Shown here: positions 19,135 to 26,531 of the stretch, in pieces
Position numbering within the stretch: the first letter of the stretch is position 1
Layout of the letters: every line of letters starts with the position of its first letter
Source of the DNA: Gemmatimonadota bacterium
Lineage (GTDB): Bacteria; Gemmatimonadota; Gemmatimonadetes; Gemmatimonadales; GWC2-71-9
Direction of reading: 5' to 3'
DNA length: 64,000 bases
Assembly (NCBI GenBank): GCA_025357945.1
Contig: JANYLJ010000055.1
Span: forward strand, 775 to 64,774
Program-made: the position numbers and the translations under genes
Notes under the pieces: model-generated
What the model was told of the DNA's origin: nothing
Database searches by the model: none
What the model saw: the letters and a program-made list of their open reading frames with translations, nothing else

Positions 19135-19770
19135 TCACGCCTTCGCGGCGGCGACCGCGCGAGGCATGGCATGCGTCGCGCGGACGGCACGGCGCCGCCG
19201 ATGGTTCGTGAGCAGTGCTCCCGTGGCGAGCAGAAACCCGGCGCCCAGGGCGATCGCACCCGTGCCTGGCAGCGATGTGGCGGTGAAGTTGAGTAGTTGC
19301 TTACTGCCGAGGAGCGGTGGTTCGTAGTTCATCCCCGGCACGACAATGATGGCATTCTCGGCATCGAGGTCATGGCCGTACTCATATTCCCAGCGGTGGA
19401 AGTCCCACAGGCCGATCCCGCCGATCAGGGCAAAACCCGCCAGCCACGCGACAACCGACCGGCGCGATCCGCGCCAGGCCGCGGCGATGCCGCCGACCAT
19501 CAACCCGACGACAATCCACGGCATCCAGCGCAACTCCGGGATCGCGTCGGGCAGAATCGGTTTCATGCCGATGTAATGGTTCAATCCGTTGATGCTCTGC
19601 AGGTCGTTGGGCTTGATCCCCACCACGGTGTTCACGTGGATCCGCAGCCCGAGGCCCTCCGGGTACTGCGGCGCAATCAGGCGCACCTCCCAGAGCGGCA
19701 GCAGCAGTGCCCCGCCAACCAGCAGCGATGCCGCCGCCATCAACACGCGCGCCCGGAGCGACATGGTCAC
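19135..19770 (-). CDS. integral membrane protein in the nosB position of clade II nos clusters
   Basis: 211 aa with about 4 TM segments. It lies immediately after nosZ (ATGA overlap) and before nosD. The assignment rests on position only. Confidence 0.5.
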   Translation of the reverse strand: MTMSLRARVLMAAASLLVGGALLLPLWEVRLIAPQYPEGLGLRIHVNTVVGIKPNDLQSINGLNHYIGMKPILPDAIPELRWMPWIVVGLMVGGIAAAWRGSRRSVVAWLAGFALIGGIGLWDFHRWEYEYGHDLDAENAIIVVPGMNYEPPLLGSKQLLNFTATSLPGTGAIALGAGFLLATGALLTNHRRRRAVRATHAMPRAVAAAKA

Positions 19771-21788
19771 CGCATTCCCGTCATCTGGTCATGCCTGGCG
19801 GGCACAACCAGGGCACCCTTGCGCGCTTCCTGCGTCTTGGCGCGCGCCGACATGTTGGCCTTGAGGGGCACGTTGGCACCGGCAGCACTGACCCGGATGT
19901 ACCCCTGCATCTCCTGGTGCAACGCGCTGCAGAAGTCGGTGCAGTAGAACGGGTAGACACCGGCAGCCTGCGGTACCCACTTGAGCGTGCGCGTTTCACC
20001 CGGCAGCAGGATCAGGTTCGCGGTATTCATGCCCAGCACCGCGAATCCGTGCACGATGTCCCAGTCCTGTTCGATGTTGGTGATATGGAAGTACACGGTG
20101 TCGCCCACCAGCACCCCTTCGAGGTTGTCCGGCGTGAAGTGACTGCGCATCGCGATCATCTTGATATGGACCGCCTTGCCCTTCCGCTCGATGCCGCCCT
20201 CGGCTTCCGACCGTGTGACGTACGGATTGCCGTTGTTCGCCAGCGTGAAGAACTTGACCTGCTTGTCCCGGATCATCGCCGCCGGCAGTGCTTGCGCGTA
20301 ATGCGGTTCACCGGTCGTGGGGAAGTCGAGCAGCAGCTTCATCTTGTCGCCGCTGATGTCGATGAGCTGCGCCGATTGCGCCAGCTCGGGCCCGGTCGGC
20401 AGGTAACGGTCCTTGGTGATCTTGTCCAACGCCAGGAGGTACTTGCCCCACGGCTGCTTCGAGTCGCCACCGGGGATCATCAGGTGGCCGATCGAGTAGT
20501 ACACCGGAATCCGGTCCACCACCTCCCAGGTGCCGAGCTTCCACTTCACCACTTCCGACGAAATGAACATCGACGTGTAGGCGTATCCCTTGCCGTCGAA
20601 CTCCGTGTGCAGGGGCCCAAGGCCCGGCTTCTGAACCTCACCCACCATCACGGCTTCGTACTTGAGAATTGGAATGCCCGAGAGCTCGCCGTCGAAGGCC
20701 TTGTCGGCGATCGCCTTCTGCAGCTTGGTGAAGGAGTGCACGGGAATCACGGTGGCGAGTTTGCCGCCGCCGACGATGTACTCACCCGTGGGATCCACAT
20801 CAACGCCATGCGGCGACTTGGGCGTCGGGATGAAGTACACCACACCCGGGCAGTTCGCCGGGTCGAGTATCAGGACGCTCGTCTTCCGCTCACTGGTCGC
20901 AATGCGCGTCCGCTCATCGGTAACATTGTGCAGGTACGCCGACGGCGTGGCCTTGGCCTTGCCGTCCTTGACACACTGCTCGGCGAGCTTCCAGTGCACC
21001 GCGGCGATGAAGTCCTTGTCGTTCTTTGACGCGTTCACCTCGAGCTTGGTGTACGCCTGCTCGGTGTCATAGCTGGTGAAGAAGAACCAGCCGTCGGACG
21101 GGCCCTTCCCGGCATGGCCGAGGTCGTAGTCGTATCCCGGCATCAGGATCTGGAAGGCAATGTCCATCTTGCCCGGCTGGTCGGCCCGGATGAAGGATAT
21201 GGTGCCCTTGAAGCGCGCCTTGAAGTCCTCGATTGGCGTGTCGGTGTTCGGGATCGGGACGGAGAAGCGGGTTGCCGACACGACATACTCCGAGTTGGGT
21301 GTCGTGAACGGCGAGGCATGACCGCCGGCGGAATTGGGGATCTGGATGATCTCGTCGGTCTCGAACCTCGTGAGGTCGATCCGGGCGATCCGGGGCGTGT
21401 TGTTGCCGTTGATGAAGAGCCAGCGTCCGTCGGGCACGCCATTGGTCTGCGACAGTTCCGTGTGATGCGTATCGTCCCATGGGATCTCACCGAACGTGGT
21501 CTGCAGCATCGCCCGGGTTTCCTGGGTGTAGCCGTAGCCGTTCTCGGGGAACTGGGAAAACACCGGAATGATCTTGAGCATGCGTCCGGACGGCAGGCCG
21601 TACACGGAGACGTTGCCGCTGTAGCCGCCCGACAGGAAGGCGTAGAACTCATCGTAGTGGCCGGGAGCAACGTACACCTTGCTCGCCGCGTCACCGCTGA
21701 CGAGTTGCTGGGGCGTCGACGTGCGGCACGCCGCTGCGAACGTGACCGCCAGGAGCGCTGCGATGAATCGGATGGTGCGATACGGCAT
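19767..21788 (-). CDS. nosZ: nitrous-oxide reductase NosZ, Sec-type (clade II-like)
   Basis: Beta-propeller body plus the C-terminal CuA motif CTDFCSALHQEM. The N-terminus MPYRTIRFIAALLAVTFAAAC has no twin-arginine motif. The start is at the ATG at 21788. Confidence 0.92.
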   Translation of the reverse strand: MPYRTIRFIAALLAVTFAAACRTSTPQQLVSGDAASKVYVAPGHYDEFYAFLSGGYSGNVSVYGLPSGRMLKIIPVFSQFPENGYGYTQETRAMLQTTFGEIPWDDTHHTELSQTNGVPDGRWLFINGNNTPRIARIDLTRFETDEIIQIPNSAGGHASPFTTPNSEYVVSATRFSVPIPNTDTPIEDFKARFKGTISFIRADQPGKMDIAFQILMPGYDYDLGHAGKGPSDGWFFFTSYDTEQAYTKLEVNASKNDKDFIAAVHWKLAEQCVKDGKAKATPSAYLHNVTDERTRIATSERKTSVLILDPANCPGVVYFIPTPKSPHGVDVDPTGEYIVGGGKLATVIPVHSFTKLQKAIADKAFDGELSGIPILKYEAVMVGEVQKPGLGPLHTEFDGKGYAYTSMFISSEVVKWKLGTWEVVDRIPVYYSIGHLMIPGGDSKQPWGKYLLALDKITKDRYLPTGPELAQSAQLIDISGDKMKLLLDFPTTGEPHYAQALPAAMIRDKQVKFFTLANNGNPYVTRSEAEGGIERKGKAVHIKMIAMRSHFTPDNLEGVLVGDTVYFHITNIEQDWDIVHGFAVLGMNTANLILLPGETRTLKWVPQAAGVYPFYCTDFCSALHQEMQGYIRVSAAGANVPLKANMSARAKTQEARKGALVVPARHDQMTGMR

Positions 21789-21914
21789 GCCTGCCTCGTG
21801 CGATTGGGCCCTCACGGGGCCAGTTGTGGCGCGGCAACCGGTTTCGCCGCGCACCGTGCCGCACCGCCATCGCGGGGGCACATCACCATTCTCGCTGGTG
21901 CCGCGGTCCGGCAC

Positions 21915-21930
21915 CGTGACGATTGTCACA
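21915..21930 (-). promoter_or_regulatory. candidate Crp/Fnr-family operator (TGTGAC-AATC-GTCACG) upstream of nosZ
   Basis: Perfect 6-4-6 inverted repeat with its centre about 134 nt upstream of the nosZ ATG. The same 16-mer (22-mer with flank) occurs at 40788..40809. Confidence 0.55.
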
Positions 21931-21995
21931 GGAGCTGGCGCCCCAGAGGCACGAGCGAAGATCACCGGCGCCGCATGAAGGCGGGTTGAACACCA

Positions 21996-22013
21996 GATGA
22001 AGCGTTCTTCATC
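21996..22013. terminator. 18-bp perfect palindrome GATGAAG-CGTT-CTTCATC (terminator or operator)
   Basis: It lies 17 nt after the stop of the 4-TM gene (22030) and upstream of the nosZ promoter region. There is no U-tract. Confidence 0.35.
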
Positions 22014-22029
22014 GTTGATCGAGCGCGGG

Positions 22030-22494
22030 TCAGCGCGCCGCGGGCCGGTCGGCCACCCGAAGTGGTCGTGTCGAGATCGTCAGGCGAGACGGCGCGACGG
22101 CAGCGTGATCGAGGGTGCGCCAGAGATTCCATGCCAGCGCGTACGCACCGGCGGCACTGAGCGTTCCACCGGCGCCGAGCAGCCAGGCAGCCACGGTCGC
22201 GGTGTGGAATCGGACGATGAACCCCCCGGCCAGCAAGGCGAGGCCGACGTTCGCGGCGACAAAGTGCCACGACGCGAGGCGCGGACTGTGCAGCGGCGTC
22301 GCCGTGAAGCGCGGCATCACGTGGTACGCCACACCGGCGATCATCATCACGACGAATCCCAGCAGCAGCATGTGCAGGTGCGCGGTGCGGTAGATCGTCC
22401 AGGCCGGGTGGACCGCCATCGCGACGCCGAGGGACACGCCGGCCGCGAGCCATGCGAGCGCAGCACGCAGGAAGCGCACGACGTAGCGCTCCAT
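22030..22494 (-). CDS. small 4-TM membrane protein, paralogue A (AHxH motif, haem-copper oxidase subunit I-like segment)
   Basis: 154 aa from MERYVV. TAHLHMLLLGFVVMMIAGVAYHVMPRF aligns with SAHTHLILVGAMLEAIVGTALWLFPRP of the ORF at 24199..24639. The start overlaps the cupin stop (TAATG). Confidence 0.65.
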   Translation of the reverse strand: MERYVVRFLRAALAWLAAGVSLGVAMAVHPAWTIYRTAHLHMLLLGFVVMMIAGVAYHVMPRFTATPLHSPRLASWHFVAANVGLALLAGGFIVRFHTATVAAWLLGAGGTLSAAGAYALAWNLWRTLDHAAVAPSRLTISTRPLRVADRPAAR

Positions 22495-22817
22495 TAGCAA
22501 TGCTCGCAGCAACTGGCGATGAGTTCGACCCGGAGCTCGAGACCGCGGTCCCCGGCGACGACGGAGTGCTCGACGTCGGGGTCGATCTGCACGACCGCGC
22601 CACGAGGGAGGACTCGCATCCCGTCTCCGGCGATCGCGATGTCACCGCTACCGGCCACCGCGGTGATCACGACCCGCGCCGGGTTGCGGTGCGGCGGCAG
22701 CCGTTGACCAGGCTCGAATCGGACCGTGAAATGGCGGCCATGCGCTCCGTGCTCAATCTCGGAAACAACTGGCCGGTGCGTGATCGGTAGCTCGGGGGGA
22801 GAAGATGGTGACGCCAT
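22494..22817 (-). CDS. cupin-domain protein with Cys-rich C-terminus (CCEHC)
   Basis: 107 aa from MASPSS. The cupin motifs are GQRLPPHRNPARVVITAVAGSG and PRGAVVQIDPDVEHSV. Confidence 0.65.
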   Translation of the reverse strand: MASPSSPPELPITHRPVVSEIEHGAHGRHFTVRFEPGQRLPPHRNPARVVITAVAGSGDIAIAGDGMRVLPRGAVVQIDPDVEHSVVAGDRGLELRVELIASCCEHC

Positions 22818-22870
22818 GGGCACTCCTCGAATCGGGTCACTGGATGATGCGGCCACGTATCGTCCCCTGC

Positions 22871-22886
22871 TGTGACGCTTGTCACG
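22871..22886 (+). promoter_or_regulatory. candidate Crp/Fnr-family operator (TGTGAC-GCTT-GTCACG) in the divergent cupin/crp promoter region
   Basis: The 6-mer arms are identical to the nosZ and NMO sites. It lies 54 nt from the cupin ATG and about 36 nt before the regulator ATG. Confidence 0.55.
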
Positions 22887-22914
22887 CCGGGCCCTTCGGG
22901 GGTTGATTGGCAGG

Positions 22915-23610
22915 ATGGGCGCCTTTACCGCAGTGCTCCGCGCCGTGCCGATCTTCGACGGGCTCGGCGACGCCGTGCTGGAGCGGCTCGCCGCCCGTTG
23001 CGTTCCGCGCGCCGTGGGAGAGGGATTCATGCTCTTCCGCGCTGGCGAACGGTGCGCCGGGCTGTACGTCGTGCTCGAAGGGCGCGTCCGGATCTACCGG
23101 ACGTCGCCGGATGGCCGGGAACAGACGATCGCCGTGGAAGGTCCCGGCCGGCCGGTGGCCGAGTTGCCACTCGTCGATGATGGTCCCTATCCAGCGAGCG
23201 CGGTCACCACGGTGCCAAGCCGGCTGATCTTTCTGCCGCGCGCGGAGTTCGAGCATGCGTTTCGCACCGATCCCGACGTGGCCGCGGCCGTCGTGCGGGC
23301 GCTCGGCGCGCGGTTGCGGCACATGGTGCAGCTGGTGGAGACACTCGCTTTCCGCGATGTCGCCGCGCGGCTCGCGATGCTGCTGGCCGACCACGCCGAG
23401 CGGCACGGCCGGGTGGGAGGCGACGGCGTCGTGCTGGATCTCGACCGCACGCAGGAGGAGTTGGCGGCCGAGATCGGTACGGCCCGGGAATCGGTGTCGC
23501 GGGCGCTAAAGCAGTTGAAGGCGCACGGCTTGATCAGGAAGCGAACCGGGATGCACTTGCTGCTGGCACCGGCGGAACAACTGCGCGCGTGGGCGCGCGG
23601 CGGTGGATGA
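22915..23610 (+). CDS. Crp/Fnr-family transcriptional regulator (no FNR-type Cys cluster)
   Basis: cNMP-binding-like N-terminal domain (VPIFDGLGDAVLERLA...LFRAGE) and a C-terminal HTH (ELAAEIGTARESVSRALKQL). The start is taken at the ATG at 22915; the ORF is open from the TTG at 22879. Confidence 0.85.
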   Translation: MGAFTAVLRAVPIFDGLGDAVLERLAARCVPRAVGEGFMLFRAGERCAGLYVVLEGRVRIYRTSPDGREQTIAVEGPGRPVAELPLVDDGPYPASAVTTVPSRLIFLPRAEFEHAFRTDPDVAAAVVRALGARLRHMVQLVETLAFRDVAARLAMLLADHAERHGRVGGDGVVLDLDRTQEELAAEIGTARESVSRALKQLKAHGLIRKRTGMHLLLAPAEQLRAWARGGG

Positions 23611-24197
23611 GACATGCGTCACGGCGCGTCGGGTCGCCGACCGGCGATGTTGGCCAAGTGACCACACCTGGCGATAGCGGCACGGACTCGCTGCCCGACT
23701 TCGATCCCGCAGTCCTCACCGACCTCGACGTGCGCGACGACTTGCGCTCAGGGCGCGAGCCGTTGGCGCGCATTCTTGCCGTAGCCGAGGCCCTCCCGGC
23801 GGCGGGCGTGTTGCACCTGCGCACACCGTTCCAGCCGGCGCCACTTTTCTACGTATTGTCGCAGCGGGGGTTCGCATACCACAGCGAGGCATTTGCCGCC
23901 GATGACTGGTCGTCGTGGTTCTGGCGCAGTGAGTCACCGCCGGCGCCGGCCCCGCCGGTGAGTGCGCTGGCGGCCGCGTTGGCGCCGGCGGGCGTGATCG
24001 ACCTGAGGCACTTGCCGCCGCCGGAACCGCTGGTGGCGATTCTGGCGCGGATCACCCGCGATGACGCGCCGTTCGAGGTGATGCTCCCGTTCGATCCACC
24101 GATCCTCGACGTGATGCTGGCGCAGCAGGGATGGCGGGTTGAGCGGATCGGCACGAGCGCTGACAGTGCGCGCCTGAGGATCGTGCGCGAGCAGTGA
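23607..24197 (+). CDS. protein with two tandem DUF2249-like domains
   Basis: LDVRDDLRSGREPLARILAVAEALPAAGVLHLRTPFQPAPLFYVL and IDLRHLPPPEPLVAILARITRDDAPFEVMLPFDPPIL match the pattern I recall for DUF2249. ATGA overlap with the regulator gene. Confidence 0.6.
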   Translation: MRHASRRVGSPTGDVGQVTTPGDSGTDSLPDFDPAVLTDLDVRDDLRSGREPLARILAVAEALPAAGVLHLRTPFQPAPLFYVLSQRGFAYHSEAFAADDWSSWFWRSESPPAPAPPVSALAAALAPAGVIDLRHLPPPEPLVAILARITRDDAPFEVMLPFDPPILDVMLAQQGWRVERIGTSADSARLRIVREQ

Positions 24198-24198
24198 C

Positions 24199-24639
24199 AT
24201 GCCCCCACTGAGTCGCCGCTTCCTCGCGACCGCCGCCGGCTGCCTCCTGGCCGGGATCGGCCTGGGCTTCGTGATGTTGCTGCAACGCGAGTTCGGTGGC
24301 CACGGGTCTGGCCCGCTCGTCGTATCCGCCCACACGCACCTGATCCTCGTGGGTGCCATGCTCGAGGCGATCGTCGGCACGGCACTCTGGCTCTTCCCGC
24401 GCCCGGTGCGCGGACAGTGGCAGGCACCGCCGTGGCTCGGTGAACTCGCATGGGCAACGCTCACGGTCGGCACCGTTATGCGCGCGATCGCTGAAATCCT
24501 GCACGGTTCGCACGACGGTGGTATCGTACGTATCGCGATCGCGGCCGGTGCTGGGTTGCAGGTTGTCGGCGTCGTCACAGCGGTGATCGTGCTGCAGCCG
24601 AGGGTGCGGGCGTCGGTGACGCGCCCGGGGCCTGCGTGA
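24199..24639 (+). CDS. small 4-TM membrane protein, paralogue B (AHxH motif)
   Basis: 146 aa, starting 1 nt after the DUF2249 stop. It is homologous along its length to 22030..22494. Confidence 0.65.
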   Translation: MPPLSRRFLATAAGCLLAGIGLGFVMLLQREFGGHGSGPLVVSAHTHLILVGAMLEAIVGTALWLFPRPVRGQWQAPPWLGELAWATLTVGTVMRAIAEILHGSHDGGIVRIAIAAGAGLQVVGVVTAVIVLQPRVRASVTRPGPA

Positions 24640-24735
24640 ACCGCATCGACGCGAGCATGTGAGGATCGAACAGGGATCGCGCCTCCTCCGATTCACACGT
24701 CGGTCCCGCCGCTCGGTCATACCCAAGGAGATCTC

Positions 24736-25740
24736 GTGTTTCGTCGAATTCCGCTGCTGCTACTGCTCGCGGCCTGCCAGACTCGATCGTCCGTTCCGAC
24801 GCAGTCACAGGCCATTCCACCGACGACGTCGCCGGCATCGATGTCTCATGGTGAGGCCAAGGTCGATAACCCCGCGGTGCCGCTGGGCCGCGCGGCCGAC
24901 GCCCCGCCGCGTAGCACGATACGGGCGCACCAGATCCGCTTGCGCTCGGTGCATGTCGCGCACCTCGTGGCGCCGGGCGTCGTGTTCGAGGCGTGGACGT
25001 TCGACAGCACCGTACCCGGACCCGTGGTGCGCGTCACGGTTGGCGACACGGTGCACTTCACGCTCATCAATGGCGCACCGATCCCGCACTCCATGGACTT
25101 CCATGCGGCCGAACTCGCGCCGAGTCGGGCCTATGTCAATGTCATGCCGAAGGATTCGATCCATTTCAGCTTCGTGGCGCGGGTGCCGGGGGTATTCATG
25201 TATCACTGCGGGACCGCACCAGCCGCATTGCACATTGCCAGTGGGATGTACGGCGCCCTGATCGTCGATCCGGTGATCCCGCGCCCGCCCGCCCGCGAGT
25301 TCGTGCTGGTGCAGAGCGAGTTCTACTTCGCGCCGACGCACGACTCTGCCGGGCCACGGTCGCTCGGCTGGCAGAAGATGCTCGACCTCGCGCCGGACTA
25401 CGTCGTCTTCAACGGCGTGTACGCCCAGTACGCCGCGCACCCGATACCGGTGGAACCTGGCGAGTTGATCCGGTTCTACGTGGTCGACGCCGGGCCGAAC
25501 CGCGTGTCCTCGTTCCATGTGGTCGGCGCGATCTTTCAGCGGGTGTTTGTCGACGGCAACGGACCGCCGCAACTTGGCGTGCAAACGGTCAGCGTGCCGG
25601 TGGGTGGCGGGATGATCTTCGAGACCCGGCTGGCCGAGCCGGGTCTCTACCCGTTCGTCTCGCATTCGTTCGCGGATGCGACCAAGGGAGCGGTGGGCGT
25701 GCTGCGCGCCGGAAATCCGGCGGGAAGCGCTAGCCATTGA
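24736..25740 (+). CDS. nirK: copper-containing nitrite reductase-like two-domain cupredoxin protein (NirK-like), lipoprotein
   Basis: HSMDFHAAE (T1 His, catalytic Asp, T2 His), MYHCGTAPAALHIASGMYG (T2 His-T1 Cys...His...Met) and a second-domain His in SSFHVVG. Lipobox LLLLAACQ. GTG start preceded by AAGGAG. Confidence 0.7.
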   Translation: MFRRIPLLLLLAACQTRSSVPTQSQAIPPTTSPASMSHGEAKVDNPAVPLGRAADAPPRSTIRAHQIRLRSVHVAHLVAPGVVFEAWTFDSTVPGPVVRVTVGDTVHFTLINGAPIPHSMDFHAAELAPSRAYVNVMPKDSIHFSFVARVPGVFMYHCGTAPAALHIASGMYGALIVDPVIPRPPAREFVLVQSEFYFAPTHDSAGPRSLGWQKMLDLAPDYVVFNGVYAQYAAHPIPVEPGELIRFYVVDAGPNRVSSFHVVGAIFQRVFVDGNGPPQLGVQTVSVPVGGGMIFETRLAEPGLYPFVSHSFADATKGAVGVLRAGNPAGSASH

Positions 25741-25825
25741 TCTGATGCGCTGACAACCGCGCGTGCGGCGTGCGATAGCGCCCCTGGCATCGGTTCGAGT
25801 GTCCTCTGAACCAATCCGCCGCGTC

Positions 25826-25855
25826 GCTGGCCCGGCCCTGTTTGGCCGGGCCAGC
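25826..25855. terminator. bidirectional stem-loop between convergent nirK-like and BON genes
   Basis: Perfect 12-bp stem GCTGGCCCGGCC / GGCCGGGCCAGC with the loop CTGTTT. Confidence 0.6.
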
Positions 25856-25871
25856 GGCGCGTTGCGGCGAT

Positions 25872-26531
25872 TCAGACGCGAACCGCGAGTTCGTCCTCGA
25901 CGGTCGCTACCCCGGGTGTGGCCCATGCAGCGCGTTCCGCGTCGGCGCGCTCGGTCCACGAACGCACGGTGCCGCGGAGCACCACGACGCCTCCCGGCTT
26001 CGACTCGACGTTGACACGTTCGGCGTCCACCGTGGCGCTACGCTTGAGCGCCCCGGTGATCTGCGCCTTGACCACCTCCGGCGCGACCGTCTGCTGCCGG
26101 ACCGCGATGCGGTTGTTGACGCCCTTCACGCCAGTGAGATAGCGAGCGGTGTTTTCCGCATCGGACCGCTGATACTGCCAGTCGACTTCGCCATGCAGGG
26201 TGACCCACCCGTCCTGCACCTTGCTCGTGATCTTGTCGTCGGGGAGGTCGATGTGCCACTTGAACGCTGAGACCAGGCTGTGGGCGATGTCGCCGTCGCT
26301 GCGAACTGAGGTGCTCGGTAGCTTGACCTTCAGTTCGTCGGCGACCGAATGGACGCCGCTCACTCGTTCGGCGATCCGGGCAGCCTCGAACCCCTGGACA
26401 TAGCTGCTCACCGGCCCGGTGAGCGTGATGACGCCGTCCTTGGCGGCCACGCCGATTTCGGCGTCGCGCGTCCGGGGTTGCCACTTGAGCTCCTCGATCA
26501 CGTCCTTCTGAAGCTGCATGTCCGTCTTCAT
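25872..26531 (-). CDS. BON-domain protein (three BON repeats, OsmY-like)
   Basis: Repeated D-x-x-L/I-x-x-x-V/I...V-x-V-x-V-x-x-G-x-V-x-L-x-G units (GVITLTGPV, GWVTLHGEV, GVVVLRGTV). Confidence 0.8.
   Translation of the reverse strand: MKTDMQLQKDVIEELKWQPRTRDAEIGVAAKDGVITLTGPVSSYVQGFEAARIAERVSGVHSVADELKVKLPSTSVRSDGDIAHSLVSAFKWHIDLPDDKITSKVQDGWVTLHGEVDWQYQRSDAENTARYLTGVKGVNNRIAVRQQTVAPEVVKAQITGALKRSATVDAERVNVESKPGGVVVLRGTVRSWTERADAERAAWATPGVATVEDELAVRV

Noticed and set aside
21789-22029. Search for a classical FNR/Dnr box (TTGAT-N4-ATCAA) upstream of nosZ
   Set aside because: None was found by eye. Only the TGTGAC-type palindrome and the GATGAAG palindrome are present. An isolated TTGAT at 22903..22907 has no partner half-site.
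22847-22906. 19-codon ORF MRPRIVPCCDACHAGPFGG containing a CxxCH motif across the Crp-type palindrome
   Set aside because: TGT-GAC-nnn-TGT-CAC happens to encode C-D-x-C-H. The ORF is tiny, has no RBS or signal peptide and lies in a divergent promoter. I treated it as coincidence.
24658-24697. TGTGA and TCACA half-sites upstream of the nirK-like gene
   Set aside because: They are about 30 nt apart rather than 4-6 nt and have no palindromic context. This is not a credible dimer site.
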